Source of the DNA: Camelus dromedarius
Taxonomy: Eukaryota
DNA: 64,000 bases
Direction: 5' to 3'
Assembly: GCF_036321535.1 (NCBI RefSeq)
Contig: NC_087436.1
Location: 8,990,001 to 9,054,000 of the forward strand
The position numbers were made by a program, and so were the translations under genes. Below are positions 12,332 to 26,975 of this stretch, in pieces. Position 1 is the first letter of the stretch. Every line of letters begins with the position of its first letter. The notes under the pieces were generated by a model. It made no database searches and was not told the origin of the DNA. It saw only the letters and a list, made by a program, of their open reading frames with translations.

Positions 12332-15249
12332 TTTTATGCTACTCTCTTAAAAGTCACTGTGCGTTTTAAAACTGAATTATCTCATACAGAATATGTATTG
12401 GATTTCAGATATTTTGATGAAATCAGATTGTGAGTGTAAGTTAGTTTTCTTGTATCTTTTGGAAATATTGTCATTGTAATGGAACAGTATCCTGTAATGA
12501 TTTGATGATTTTGAAAGGCACCTGAGAAAATCAAGTAATTTAAATGGCTAGGCACCATCCTTTGATTTTTGCTTCTGTTTTCATTCTTAACTTAAAGTAC
12601 TATTAATTGCAAATTCACAAAAATGAGTAAAAATATCCTCATAGCCAATTATGAATCATGTTAGAATATCTTCTGGGGAATCCTCAAACAAAGTGAACAG
12701 TCATGAGTCATTTCATCTGCTTAGTTCTTGTTTTAGTTAGTGTTTTCTTTTGCACATTTGCAAAGGAGAGCAAGTGTTTGGACTGTGCTGTTTGCATACA
12801 GTTGTAACTAATCTTTGAATGTTAAAAGCTGGATTTGAGGGAACCCTTAGAGTGGAGGCAATATTCAGAACCTAGCCAAAACAGAAAATAGGTTTATTTT
12901 GTTATTGCTGCTTTGCTTTGTTTTCAGTGCCACATGCTCTGGTCTGTTGAGAGTAATTTAAGAACAATGGACTTGCCATGTTTCAGAATGACCTTCAAAT
13001 AAGGATGTTCACACCTTGACCACAGCTAATTTTATGAGGGGAGAGGACACCTAATCCAAACTCTGTTATTTAGACTTTATTTCTAATTTGAAGTTGGAAG
13101 CAAGAGACTACTGGATGGTTTCAGGATGTGGTTGGGGGATTCTAACACGCAGAACTGGAGGGTGGGTCATCAGAGCTTCTGCACAGAGCATGGCCTGCTT
13201 CCTGCTGAGGGATTAGACAGTGGAAAAGCAGGTGCTATCAGGAAATCCAGTGACGGTGGACTCTGATTCCTGTCCCCACCTGCACATTAAGCACAGTTCT
13301 ATATCACGCCTCTGGTTGGGTTTATGAGACAAACCCGATTCTAAATTCTCCTGTTCTTATTATTCCTTAAAGCAACTTAATTTCCATTCTTGCAAATACA
13401 ATTATAAATAACCAAAACTTACATTAATGCAACAATGGAGAAAATGATCTTGATGGTACATTTTGGACACGTGTAACATGTTAGGGTTCAGGTTACCAAG
13501 AGGAATACATGATATAAGTGAAGAGAAAAGGTTTACGCCCTGCTCCTTCATAGATATAACAGACCGGGAATTACACAGCACACGCAAAACACTCAAGACT
13601 CACGCTCACCTTTAGCCCTCCTGTCTAACAGCTGCGCTCCAGATGTGTAAGCCATGCTTGCTAATTTCTGTTGATATATCTATGGGGTTGCTTTGCTTTA
13701 TATTATCTAAAAAATTTACCTGCAAAAGTTCATAAAAGACACTGTAGTAATTTAAGATCTACTGAAAAATTAAAATGTACATTTTTTTAGCCAGAGAAAA
13801 GCTCATTTTAATTTTTAAGCACTATATAGATGACAACTGTGTTAATGCATCTTAGCCTTAGATGTCATATATTTATACTCACACGAATGTACATAAATAT
13901 GTAGAATACATACAATAGACATAAATGATTGTTCATACTCATAGTTTTGCGTTTATTTTCCTCCAGATTAAATTTTAATCTGCAATGTCTGCTTTTCTTA
14001 TTTCAACACGGAATTTATTATAAATAGCTGAGGATAATTACTGCTGCAAACAAGATTATATTTCAAACAATTCGTGCGAGAAAAGGGCCAGAGAAACTAT
14101 TACTGTGGAAATGCTCATGGTCTTTCTGTATTCCCCTTGCTGTTTTCCACCTTCCTCTCTTCCTCAAGAACAGGGTGTGGGCTTGTGGGCATGCGTGTGG
14201 GGGATGTTCAGGGTATTGATGATGAAAGGACAGCGTGCGGAAGAGGAAGACGGAAAAGCTCCAAGGCCAAGGTGTCTGAGAAACGCTGGCATGAGAAGGA
14301 TTCCAGAGACATAGGGGTTGGCTAGAAAATTCAAGAATAGATAGCAGGGCCTTCGGGAAGTGTCCGTGGGGGTTATGAACATAGCTGGTGTTGGTCAGAC
14401 TGGTCCTACTTGTTTCTGACAGAAACAGCACACTCTAGATGCACACAGAACAGAGTATCTGGCTGCTGGAACTCAGAGCCCCGGGTTGATCCTGGTTTTA
14501 GGCGCAGCTCTTTTCAGGTCTGCATCAGTGTCATCACGAATGTTGTTCTTACCCTCAAGCCGTTTTCCTTATTGTTGGCCTCATCTTCTGTAATAGCCCG
14601 TCCCCCCAGCAGCCATGATGATTCCAGGCTGCTATGGATGTTCATGGAGCTAACCAGCATCTTATCTCAGGAGAGGTGATACCATCCTCTGGGACATCAG
14701 TGCCTTCCAAAGGTTTCTAACTGGCCCTGATTGGATCATGCCCCATCCATGGATTAACCCATATGTCCCAAAAAAGAGGTAACCTCACAGGTCAGGTGGG
14801 GTGACCTCCACTTCTCACTCTTTACAGTAAAATGTGGACAGGTTGCTAAATAACTTTACCAGATTAACAAAGGAAACTTCCAAAATTAATTTATTATAGT
14901 GCAGGGAAAAAAAAAAAGCATTGCATTGCCTTTTAATGGTCTTGAGACAGAAGTAAAGAAAGGAATCCCTTTTTAATTACTTTTTCTCTTTATCTATGCT
15001 GATTTACATTACTTGAGACATGGAGTGGTTTATCACTTGAAAATAATTGTTATATACATAATGTAAAGACAACACTAAACTGGACCAAAAGGAAGGATTT
15101 TGTGAAGCATTAACATTTTGGGGGACATCTGGGATAGGAATCACATAGCAATGAGAATGAGGAATAAAATTATCTTTCAGGAAGGCGGGAATTAATTTCT
15201 AATCTCACACAGTAATTTATTTCTCTCTAAACATATTTGGAGATACTAC

Positions 15250-17183
15250 AAATCTGTACCTATTTAGCTTATTTTGGGATAGAATTTATATATTATTAAG
15301 TGCATAGGTCTCAAATATTCAATTTTCACAGTATTATATACTCAGTATCAACAGTACCCATGTCAAGATAAGCCAAGTTCACTTCTGAACTTTCCTGTCA
15401 ATTTCCAAGTTCAACTCCCCAGCCCAGGGAGAAGCATCCTTCTGTTTCTGTCTGGACAGAGTATCTAGTGCCCATAACACTCTTAGGGCTCCGTGGAAAG
15501 GTTTTGATTTATTTTAAATTGGATAGGGAAAGTGAACTTCAGGTAGAAAGGAATGCTAGATACTACTTTTCATTATACAAGAAGAATCATAAGGCACAAT
15601 CTTTTTTTTTTTGCATAAGGGAAAGAGCCCATTGAGGCAAACGTGTTTAGTGCCATAGAGTCATAATGCAGCCCTGATTTCTAGAAAAAAAGCTTCGTCT
15701 GCTTTGGACCTCGTGGAAATGAAATCAATCATACAGAATATACTCTTTCTATGGAGTTTTGCTGAGAACTACCCATGTTACTATGTAAAGTATCTGTTCT
15801 TCAATTTTTAGTGCTGAGTAGTATTCCGTTACATGAGTATATGGATATCCACGTGCCCACCCACCTGCAGATGGGTACTTGAGTTGTTTCCTGTTCTGGG
15901 ATATTACAAATAAAGCTGTGATGAATGTTCATGTCTTTGTAGGAATATGCTTTCATTTCTGAGGTAGATGCCTAGTAGTGGCATTGCTTTGTCATAAGGT
16001 AGGTTGATGTTTAATTGTATAAAATACCGCCAAGCTGTTATGCAAAGTGACTTACTATATTACACTCTCACGTGCGAGTTCCACATGCTACGTCTTTGCT
16101 AAATCATGTTCTTGTCATTGATCTTGATTTTAGCCATTCTGATGCATGTGGGATGCTATTTCATTGTTGTTTTAATTTTAAGTTTCCTGATGAATAATAA
16201 TGTTGAACCTCTTTAAATGTACTTATTGGCCATTTATATGCTTGCTTTCCAAAGTTTCCGTTCAAGTCTTTTGTCCATATTTATTGGGTCATATATCATT
16301 ATATACCGCTTTTTAGAAGTTCTGTATATACTCCTTTGGCAGTTATATATGTTGTGTGGGTGTGTGGGTATCATATTGTGCCTTGCCAATGCCTGTCAAT
16401 TTCCTTAATGGAGAGTTTTGATTAACAGAATTTTTCTTTTTTATGACGTCTTCTTTCTTTTTTTTTTTTTTCCACTCAAAGAGTTTCGTCCAGCCTAGGT
16501 GTGATGAGTTTCCATCTAAGTTTTAGAATCATATTGCAATTTCTACAAAAACATGTCTTCTGGTATTTGGATTGAGCCTTATTTAAATCTGTAGATCAAT
16601 CTGAGAAAAACGAACATTACAACAATATTGTGTTTTCTAATCCATGCATTTGGTCTGCCTCTCCCTCCTTCAGGTTTTCCATAAAGATGCCTTTCAGTGC
16701 TTTTCTTAGATTCATTAGACTTACACTTATTTATTTAATGTAAAACTGTTGTTAATGCTGTTTTATTTGATTTCTAATTGAGAAAGAAATAGAGAAAGAA
16801 ATAGAAATTGATCAGTCTTTTCCGTTACTCTCTGTGTCTCTGTTTTCTGCTACCCTCTGTGCCTTAAAATCTAGGTTTTGATCAGCTTGTGTTACTTTCT
16901 TGCTCTTGTTTTAAATCAGTCTCATAGTGTGAGGAATGTTTTCAGTTTTTGTCCTTCTAAAAGTAGTTTTTACTACTTTCCATTTTTGACTGATATTTTT
17001 TTGCAAGCAATTGAAGTCTAGGTGGACAGTTTAATGAATTTTTAAATTTTCACTCATTTATTTTGTATTTGGCCTTTTAAAGATGTTGTTCCATTGTATT
17101 CTGACCTGCATACTTTCTGATGACAACTCAGCTGTGTCTCTTGTTGCTTTTCATGTGTCCCCTAGATTCTTCCTCCGGAAGCT
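15250..17183 (-). mobile_element. Old L1M fragments (3' UTR and ORF2 end, plus more 5' pieces)
   Basis: gatgggtacttgagttgtttcctgttctgggatattacaaataaagctg; ttttagccattctgatgcatgtg; ttaaatctgtagatcaat. Confidence 0.8.
15457..15676 (-). mobile_element. MER53-like non-autonomous hAT element nested in L1
   Basis: Terminus agtcataatgcagccctg = reverse complement of CAGGGCTGCATTATGACT; internal ctagtgccc/tagggctcc motifs. Confidence 0.65.
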
Positions 17184-17674
17184 TGTGTTACCTTCCCATT
17201 GATGCTGCAGCAAATCACCACAAACTGGGTGGCTTCAACATCACAGATCAGTTCTCTTACAATTCTAGAAATCAGAAGTCAGAAATGGTCTTATTGGGTT
17301 AAAACTAAGGCACTGGCAGTGCTATGTGCCTTCTGGAGGTTCTAGAGAAAAATCTGCCTCTGGTACCATCTAGAGATGCCTGTGTTTCTTGGCCTGTGGC
17401 TCCCTGCTCCACCTTCAAGGCCAGCAACACAGCATCTTCCAGTCCCTCTCCCCTCTCTGTTCTGTTCTCTTTCTCTGACTCTCCCTTTTGTCTGCCTGTT
17501 TCCCTGATGAGTTCCTTTGTGGTTATACTGAGCCCACCTGGATAGTCTAGGATAATCTCCCCATATTCATGCCCTTCACAGGATTAATTGCATCAGTAAA
17601 GTTCCTTTTGCCATGTAAGGCTCTGGAGATGAGGATGTGGATGTCTCTGGGGAGTTAGTCTTCAGTTTATACAC
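17184..17674 (-). mobile_element. MaLR LTR (MLT1C/D-like)
   Basis: aaatcaccacaaactgggtggctt...ttctagaaatcagaagtc...gcccacctggatagtctaggataatctcccc...ttttgccatgtaagg. Confidence 0.85.
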
Positions 17675-17679
17675 AGCGA

Positions 17680-19465
17680 TTTACAAATTTTCTCTTTATA
17701 TTTGATTTTCTTCAATTTGTCATTGGATATGCCTGGGCACAGCTTTATGTTCTTCCTCCTGCATAATGTTTGCTGTGACTCTTGAGTCTGTGGGTTAAGG
17801 TCTTTTACCATTTTTTTTTTTAAATCCTAGCATTATGTCATCATTCTTTTTCCCTCTTCCAATTTTTCTCTTTCCTTTTAGACTTCAGTTTATACATTAG
17901 AACATTTCTTATTGTTACACAGACCTCAAATGTTTTATCTAAAGTCATTATCATTCTGTATTTTTCTACATGTTTTAGATCATTTTAAAAATCAGTATTT
18001 AAGTTCACTGATCCTTTACTCCCCCGTGTCCATTTGTATGACATCCACACTGAATTTTTTTTTAATAACATCTCCATTTGGATTTTTTTTAATAGTTGAT
18101 GTTCTCTGCTTCAATTCTTAATCTGCTCACTCAAGTCATTTTCTTTTCTGCTGTATCTTTTAACATATTTATCACAAGCCTTTAAAATTCTCTGTTAAGT
18201 CTAGTACCTGGGCCATCTCTGCATCTGCCTCTATTAACAGTTTCATCTCTGAAGGATGTTACATTTTATAACTCCTTTCTCATATCTCATCATTTAAAAA
18301 GTTAAGGCAAAAATGTGATAAATAACATGACCTTAAAAAATGGTCCCCCCCACTCTCTGTCTCAATGATAATGTGGGTCTCTGAGCCAGTGAGTCTGATA
18401 TTGAGAAGTTCTAGGCGAGGCTGACACTGTGGTTCGACTGAATTCAGTACTGATGTGGCACATCCTTCTCAGCAGAACTTGGGCTCTTAGTAGAAAGGAC
18501 ATGGTGAAAAATCCCTCTTGATATACAGCACAGTCCCAATGTGCTTAACCATGGGGGATTCGGCTCTCAGGGGTTTGGGACACCCAGGAAGACTGTTTAC
18601 TTTCTACTCCTGCGTCTGGCTTTATGGATTCAGGTGTTCTCTTTCTTGCTCTCTTCTCTGCCCTGAGCCCATCCTTTGAAGGGCTGTGGTCCACCATTCA
18701 GCGAAAGCCGGGAATGCCTGAGAGAACTCCTCTCCACTCTCCTCTTCTGCCGCCACCCTCAGCTGCAGGGCCTCAGGCTCTGAGAAGACTCGGTGCACCT
18801 CGGAGGCATCGTCATAAGCTCCTCTGCTGCCCGCCTGCAGCCGCCACGCCCAGCATTTCCCAGGGGTCAGGATGCTGACCTGGAAGCATCTCTTAACAGG
18901 CCTATCCTCCCCTCAGTGTTCGGCAGCCACAGCCTCCCAGAGACTGGAGGCACAGAGCGCCTCAGAATGGTTCTGCTCAATGGTCCTGCCCCCAGCCTTT
19001 GATGGGCTCCCAGGGCCTCAGGAAGATTCGCTCCCTTCACTCTTCTGCTCTGTCTCTTTCCTTTGGCCGCAACTCCAGTTCTCAGTGAAGACTCTGGAAA
19101 GGGTTAGCAGGTAGGTGGAGACTTGCTTGGAGGTTGGGTCCCTTTGGGCTTCTCAACCATCACTGTAGACAACACTTGGCTATTACTATCATCATCATCA
19201 TTATTATATTTTCATTTTGCCTTGTATCTCCTTACTCTCTTTGGTGAGTTCCTCCTCCTCCTTCCACTGCACCAGGAATGGAAGCAGACTTAGCTTTCTT
19301 TTCTCCTAGGAGGAACCGGTCACGTCACAGGTTTTAGTTTACTAAGATTTCCGAATGCAATCTTACATCTCTGGCGGGTTTTTAAAACTATGATTTTGTC
19401 AGTTATCTGGCTTTTTCTCATTATTACAGTGAAAGTAATATTGTTTTGCCACATTCTCTGTCTTA
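17680..19465 (-). mobile_element. Old L1M ORF1 and GC-richer 5' UTR relic
   Basis: T-rich antisense ORF1-like text 17680-18290, continuing the L1 interrupted by MLT1; GC-rich 18600-19150. Confidence 0.5.
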
Positions 19466-22084
19466 CTTTAAAGCAGAAGTCTGCAATGTTTGATATTAAA
19501 TGTGTAGTGACTAGTCCTGAGCTGAAGGCATATCTTCCAAATTAACTTAGCTACTAATATTTAAATTATTTTATCCATTAAATACATTAGAAAGTGTAGT
19601 GTAAGTGAAGTTTAAAAGTCAAATGCCATTACGTATTAAGATCCATAACTTTTGACTAAAGAATCTTACAGTACTTTTTTCTGCAAAATGGTTGAAATAT
19701 ATTTTGAGATTTTAAACTTATCTGTTTGGTGTCTGTAAATTTTCATATAGTATATCCTTACATGGGAATACAATTTTATTTTTAAACAGAATTATGTGTT
19801 TTTTAGAATAATGGCAGTAGAACAATAAAGACATTTTCATAGAAATGTTTTAATTAACATAAACCTAAACTCAATTTATATGAATAGAAAAAGATTTAGA
19901 TGCAGCTACAACCAAATTCACTGATTTCTCATTTAGTTAAAATATACAGCCTTCAAGGTATTACACGTTTATTCTTTGAAGTAATGAATATATAAGCCCC
20001 TTGACAGAACATTAAATTAAAAATAATCTCTGAACAAAGAAAGCTTTACAGACATATAATCTAACTTGACAAATAACTAAGGGGGTTTAAGAGTTGAAAG
20101 TGGCGAGATAATGGATCTTCCTTTCAATGTGATATGTCCATCTCACAAGTCTTTGATCAGACTTTCAGGTACTGTTCTCATCTCTTTCTTTTTGATAGAA
20201 AAGACTGTTGACATTTGTCAGACACAATCAATAGTTCTGCTTTTGACCTTATTGAAAACTATGCCTCAGGAGGAACTTGAGATGGAAAGTGAGAGAGAAG
20301 ATGAAAATTCCGACAAGGAAAAGCAGTGGGACAGGACGCAGTGTTTTCCAAGGGGCTATTACAGACAGACTTGAGATCTCTGGAAGGTAATTTAACCCAT
20401 CATGTAATAAGAAAGAAAGAAAAAATACTGCAGAGTGCTTTTTGCTCAAACCTTGAGAAATATCTCAGAGTTGCAGTTAAGTTTTCTTTTGGCCATCAGA
20501 TAGACACTTAGCATAAGAAATCAACTCTTTGGATTTAAACAGTATTCTTATGCAGTGAAGAGATCGCACCTGGCCTTGACAATAAACATGATTAAGGTCT
20601 TAGGTTCATTTTTAAATTCAATAAAATAATTATATTCATCCACTTATTTAGCAAAGGACATTTATTTAGAAAGGAATTCCTAGACATGGTACTAAGCTAA
20701 GGAAGAAAATGATCAAGCTGTTGACATGTTGTAGTTTCTATCAGACCAGGTAAGCAGTCTCAAGGTTAACTGCTTCCGAAAATAGTGTTGTATTTAGCCA
20801 TTACAGTCATAACTGTAAGAACTATCATTTTATTAAAAACACCACCATGTCCAAAAAGATGATGGGTTTACAGAGAATTAAGCCCACATTAAATTACCTG
20901 ATTATTTACTATTGGCTCAGGGCAAGGTTCCCCATCTTCGTGAGTATAAGGGACAACTCTTAAAAATGACTTACACAGTTGACTGCCTGAAGGCCCTGAA
21001 GATAGATGGATGATCAAAGGGTTAGTTTAGTTCTCATTCTTCCCTTAAGAATCTATTATCGCAGGCAACCTAAGTAGGTCGTTCAGAGCATACTTTAAAA
21101 ATATGGCTCTGGGTTCCCTATATTCAGAAGAGTTGTTGTCTAATTTATGGTCTAATGTGTGAGTCTGTGGACTCAATTCAAGTACACTACTTCAAGATTT
21201 GTACTGTAACTTTACAACTAACTCATCTAAATCTTAGTACGAATTGATAACCATAAAATATAAATATTCTGAAATTTTTAAATGTATAACTTTATATTTA
21301 ACACTATATTCCATTAACTTTTGACTAGTCATGCTTAAATAATTGGAAAAATATAGAAAACTTATTTTAGGATAATACATTTATTTTATACAGAAGACGG
21401 TATATAACAGACATTGCTAACTTATAAGCTGTATGTGTTCATATTAGTCCACATGTTAGTCTTATATTTCACAGAAATGACAAACTTCTTTATGTAGGTA
21501 GGTTAAGTTTGCCTTGATGCAGTCAAAAAACAATCATTTTATGTCATTTTGATAAAATTGCAATTTTAGGTCATCACAAAATTACCAAATGAATCTTTTG
21601 AAAAATTGGGTAGAGATATTTTAAATCCAGAGGGAAAAACAAGAAAATTGTTTCACTTTGTGTATCTCAAACCCTGTAGTTATCCCACAGAGAATTTTTT
21701 CCAATGATTTTCAAATATTTTCTATATAATTATAAGATATATAACTTGGTAGCATCTGGTAGCAGTTTGAAAAGTGCATTTAATTTGAGGTTGTTTTTTC
21801 CAAAAGGACTATGCCCTGTACTGACAAAGTAAATTATTCTTTTGTATCTAAGGAACAATTACAAAAATTGATTAGGTACCTAAACACAAAGGAAACTGTA
21901 ATTAATTCCATAATGTGGAATTTCTCCATAGCATATTATTTGACCTCAAAGCAATAACAAGGTAAATAAATAATGAAAAAAAAATCCAGAAGTAATTAAT
22001 GCAAATTTTAAAAACCCCAAAAAACTATTCTACATAAATTTTGTCTTAAATAATAATAAAAACAAAAATTTCCATACCTCTAAT

Positions 22085-22995
22085 TAATACATTAAAAATT
22101 TCCTCTAGTTTCTCAAATTTATGGAATACAGTTGTAATATCTCTTTTAATGTCCCTGTGTATTGATTTAATTATCTCTGTCACATGCTGGTTTTGACTGA
22201 CTGCTATTTCTTCTCATGCTTGTTATCCTTTCCTGATTATTCATGTGTCTAGTGAATTTTGATTGGATAGAAGGCATTGCAAACTCTACCTTCTTGGGTG
22301 CTTGATGTTTGTATTAATATAAATGTTACTGAGTTTTTTTTCTGGGATGAAATTAAGTTACTTGGAAACAGTTTGATCCTTTTCTAACTTGCTTTCAAGC
22401 TTTTATAATGGGGTTCAGAATAGTATTTAAGCCAGTGCTAATTTTGACTCATTTCTCAGGCAAGACAAGATTTCTCAGGACTCTCCCCAATACGCCACTT
22501 GTTGAATTGTGAAGTATTCTACTTCGAATGTTGGACAAACTAGGAAATATTCCTAGTCCTGTGAGCTCCAGGATTATTCCCTCTGGTTCTTCTCCGGCCA
22601 CAGACCATTTTCTCACATGTTTGCGCTGCTCAGAACTCAGCTGAAGCCTGATGGAAGAATTTCTGCAGATGCCCAGATGTCCAATTTTTTTTTTTTCTCT
22701 GTGCAGTTCTTTCCTTTTCAGTACTTTATCCTTTAAACTCCAGTTGTGTTAGCTTCCCTCAAATCCAACTCTGTCTCCCCAGTTCTCTTTTTAAGCTTCT
22801 CTCCTTGTGCCATGGTGTGGAAACTTCCCAGTCTATGAATTCTACAAGCTTAGTTCTCACACTGTTGATTTCCTGACTCCCAGGGATCACTGTTCATTAG
22901 CTGATGCTCAATGCCTTAAAACTATTTTTAAATATATTTTGTCCTGATTTTTGAGTTGTTTCAGGTAGAAGGCTATTCCTTCATCTTAGAAGCAC
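22085..22995 (-). mobile_element. Old L1M 5'-region fragment
   Basis: ttctgggatgaaattaagttacttggaaacagtttgatcctt...ccagggatcactgt...tcctgatttttgagttgtttcagg is typical of L1MC/MD 5' regions. Confidence 0.7.
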
Positions 22996-23099
22996 AAATC
23001 TCATAATAGAGTTTGAACTTTTACTCTTATAAAACTATTATTTTATGCTTGGTGACAAGAACTTTAATGGTTAGCAAAGACTTATAACTTTTAAATACA

Positions 23100-23240
23100 T
23101 GTATCCATTTCATTGATTCTAAGGTGCACATATTCCCACATTTTAACATAGATGCAATAATTTATAGGATTTCATTTTTTATTTGTAGTATCAAAATAAA
23201 GTCTGACAATTAATGACATTCTCTGTTCAGTGCAGTTGGT
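23100..23240. mobile_element. MER104-like (TcMar-Tc2) MITE
   Basis: tttcattgattctaaggtgcacatattcccacattttaacat...gtctgacaattaatgacat. Confidence 0.55.
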
Positions 23241-24312
23241 TATAAATCCTTTAGGTAGATAATTCTTAATTACTTAATGCATACTAATTATATTTTCATG
23301 TTTAAAATATGTAGACCCTTACATAACAGAAATTCTACTGACGATCAAGATAATGGAAACAACGGCATGAAATTCTGTCAAGCTTTTAAATGAATGTATT
23401 TTAATAATATCAACAATTTCTAACTCCCTTAATAAAAAGTAACGTATGTATGAGAAATATCGTGCACTCAGATTAGGTATGTTTCTCAGTATAGAGGGGG
23501 TTTGGGAGACTGTTTTCAATAACGTGTCTTCCCTGCAGAGTTATGTGCCTCACAATTCACTGGGTGAGAATTAGCCATCTGAGGGAGCTCACTCAGAGGT
23601 GTGCTATTGAATTATCCTTTAACACAAACAGTAATTCACAAAATGGTGTTCTGGTTGCCTGGGAGAATGAACTATGCCTTAAATTTACATCTAGGGAGCC
23701 GTTTATACAGAAGACCAATTCTGGCTTCTTGTGTGCTCAGCACGACAAAGCTAACGTTTCCAAGTCTTCCCAGACCCCAAACTTAACCACACTGAAACAC
23801 CAAATCAAGCGAAGTAAGGCAGATAAACATTTATTATCTACTGTGTAATTAAATAAAAGTAACTTTTGACATTCGACTGTTCAGTGAGCTATTTGCTTTT
23901 TCAAAAATGTTTATTTCTATGCTAAAATAGAAGTAGACTGAAATGTACAGAATTTTAACATATTCTAACCAATGAAAGGTATATATAGAGTCAGGGCCAA
24001 AAATCAGTGCCAACATAGTTCTTGCTAATATGTTTGGTCATTATGTAGAAATATTTATACCTGGCTTAAATAATTTATTTCAAATTACTTAACTATAATG
24101 CTCTTCCTGTATATATCAATGCTTACTGTTGATTTCAAGACAGAAGTAAACCTCCTGCTAAACTATCTGCTTCCCACCAAATGCAAGCCAGATACCACCC
24201 TAAAATAAAAAGAAGACCCTGAGAAGATGATTCAAAGCAATAATCATTTTAGAAGGTTCAGATATGGATGGGAAAACCTAGCTAACAATTCAATATTGGA
24301 AAGTCTTGAGTC

Positions 24313-24788
24313 TGTGAAAGAAAAATACTGCAAACCACATCAGTAAACAAAGAATGCTGAAGCCATCAAGTCATCTAGGCTGCCAGCACCCCCGAGTGAA
24401 GACAAGCCTGCAGCCTGGCCTCTGCAGCCACTCCCAGTGGTGCCCTCTGAGGGGACTCAGAATAAGAAAGGACAGGGTACTGGCCCTAGATGGCTAGGTG
24501 CTTGTCAAAGGGATGAATTCAATGAGCCCAAATGTTTGCTCTCTCCTATACATAGAAAAGCACTAAATTCTTCAACTTGAGATGTCTGATTTTCTTAGTT
24601 AACAAGTAATCTTTTAATGTTCCAACTACCTGGTCTTTGTTGTAAAGCTCCTATGTATCCTAGCTCCTCCCTACCTCTTCGGAGCAGTCCCTCAGAGCCA
24701 TCTGAGAGGCTGTCATCCCAGCTCGAGTCCTCCCTCCAAATAAAACATAACTCTCAACTTTTAAGCTGTGCATTTATTTCAGTCGACA
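24313..24788 (+). mobile_element. Solo ERV1 LTR
   Basis: TG...CA termini; perfect 4-bp TSD AGTC (24309-24312 and 24789-24792); AATAAA near 24739. Confidence 0.9.
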
Positions 24789-26516
24789 AGTCACACAGAA
24801 AATAAATCAGGGAGCGTAGTGAGTTCATTTTCAAGTGAATACGAAAACGTTTAAATTTAAATTGTCATTCGACATATATCTCATTAAATATAAGGATCTG
24901 GTGCAGATTTCTGATGCACACTCTTTTGATCATGTATTTTTAATTTGTTCTATTTTTTATTGTCATAAAGGAAAGCAGAGGGATAACTCTGGTTATAATA
25001 GGGTTTTCAATTTTAAATGATACCGCTGCTTAGTTACTAACAACTGGAATACTTGCCCCCAAAGAGGTAATGAGCAAATAAGTAATATGTACTGTGCTTC
25101 ACCTTGAAATATTTAATCTTTAATTCAGGGTCTTTATTGATGAGACATCATTTCATATAAACTGAAATTCTCTTAATCCAGGAAACTATGATTTCATTCC
25201 AAAAAACAACAGTTAGTGACAAATTTCTCCACAGAACAGAACAATGTCAGTGTCTCCAAAGTTAAAGGTATGATGTTACACAGTTTTTTAAAAATTGTAA
25301 AACCCAGTTAGTCCCTGAATATTAATTTTAAAAAAAAGTTGACCTTCCCCCAACCTCAATTAGCAATTGTATCCTGGTCCTGATCACTAGTACATGACCT
25401 AATTTCACCACAATACTTTTTAAAATTCATAAAATGGATATAGTCATTGTAGAATTTGATTGCTCAAATTAGGTAAACTCACATAACTTTAAACAAATAA
25501 ACTGCTAACTAGTTTAATATACACTTTATTTATGATAAATATAGTGATATGTGATCACTATGTTATTACAAATATATTATCATATAATGTGTATTTATTG
25601 CAACAGGATCTTTTCATTTTTTGAAAAATGTCCCGCTCACAAAATAATAAAAAATGAGTAAAATCTAATAAGCCATGTACTTTTCTGTGTACCCTACTTT
25701 CAAATATAAAACCTTTTATAATAGTAAATACAATATTAAATTTGAAAAGATTAATCTAAGAAAATTACAGAATAAAATTTGATGATTTATGTAAATATTC
25801 CCAAATAGATTGGAAGCTCCATGAAAAGAGTTCAGCTTACTGTTTAAATATGTCACCTCAGAACCTAGCATTGCTCTTGTTGTGTAACTATTTTTCTATA
25901 AATTAGAACACATTTTCGGCTTGCTAATCTAGCCAAGACTGCTCCCTTACTGAAATATAACATATCTCCTTCCCTCTGCCGGAACACTCCAGAACACGCT
26001 AATTTTGTACATTCCTGTGAACTCAGAGGAGTAATTGTCCATCCTGCTCTTTGAAAATGGAATTGCAGGCATTGTATAATAGCATTTTCTATGATTACCT
26101 TTACTGTTGATTATCTGTCATTTAATTTTCATAAGTTGATACCCCGTCCTTTGAGCTCCTCTGAGGCAGGCACCATGAATTAAATTCAATTTTGTCACTG
26201 AGACAGCTTATTAACTGAGTCTTTAACACTCTTTAAACCACTATTTAGGTAATCACTAAGTGCAATTTTCAGGCATGTTCATAGAACTAAAGAACTTTTA
26301 TTTCCCAAGGCACTTGAAGGACTATCATTTAAACACATTCATTTCCCAGTTAAGGAAAATTGATGTAAAAGTTTTATGTGCCGGATTTGTGATTTTGAGT
26401 TCAGGATCCATTTTCCTTTCTCCCAACGAGCCCCCTATTATTACAATTATGGACAAAATGACTATTCCTCTAAAAATGGAGTCTTGCCAGTAACAGTAGT
26501 ATATATTTTCATAAGT

Positions 26517-26589
26517 GTATATATACATGTATATATATATGTATATATACACACACACATATGCATATATGTCTCTGTGTGTGTGTGTA
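26517..26589 (+). repeat. Compound (TA)n(CA)n(TG)n microsatellite
   Basis: Read directly from the sequence. Confidence 0.9.
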
Positions 26590-26710
26590 ATTAATAAGCA
26601 TTGGTAATTGCTATTTACAAATAATTATTTGAAATACTATTTGCATATATGTTTAGAACCCAGTGAAGGAGTATTTTAATTTATAAGGATATTTTAAGGG
26701 AGGAAACAAA

Positions 26711-26745
26711 TGTGTGTGTGTGTGCGTGTGTGTGTGTGTGTGTGT
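26711..26745 (+). repeat. (TG)n microsatellite
   Basis: Read directly from the sequence. Confidence 0.95.
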
Positions 26746-26784
26746 TGGTGTAAGCTGTATTTCAGGAGGTAAGTCTTATTATGA

Positions 26785-26975
26785 AAGGGGTGGCTTATGC
26801 TTTGGGGTTAGAACTAAGTTTGAATTCCAGCCAAGCCACTTGCTATGTGAGCTGTATTTTGTTAAGCCCCAATTTACCACTACTGGGGAACACAGTAACT
26901 ATCCTACAGATTTGCTGTCAATTTAAATGAAATTATTCAAGTAACATGTTATGCAGAACACCTGAATACATGAGT
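26785..26975 (+). mobile_element. MIR SINE
   Basis: gctttggggttagaactaagtttgaattccagccaagccacttgctatgtga...aatttaaatgaaatta. Confidence 0.7.

Noticed and set aside
18600..19110. CpG-island promoter or coding exon
   Set aside because: Lies within the antisense old L1 5' region; ORFs are short and unrecognisable; CpG density is modest.
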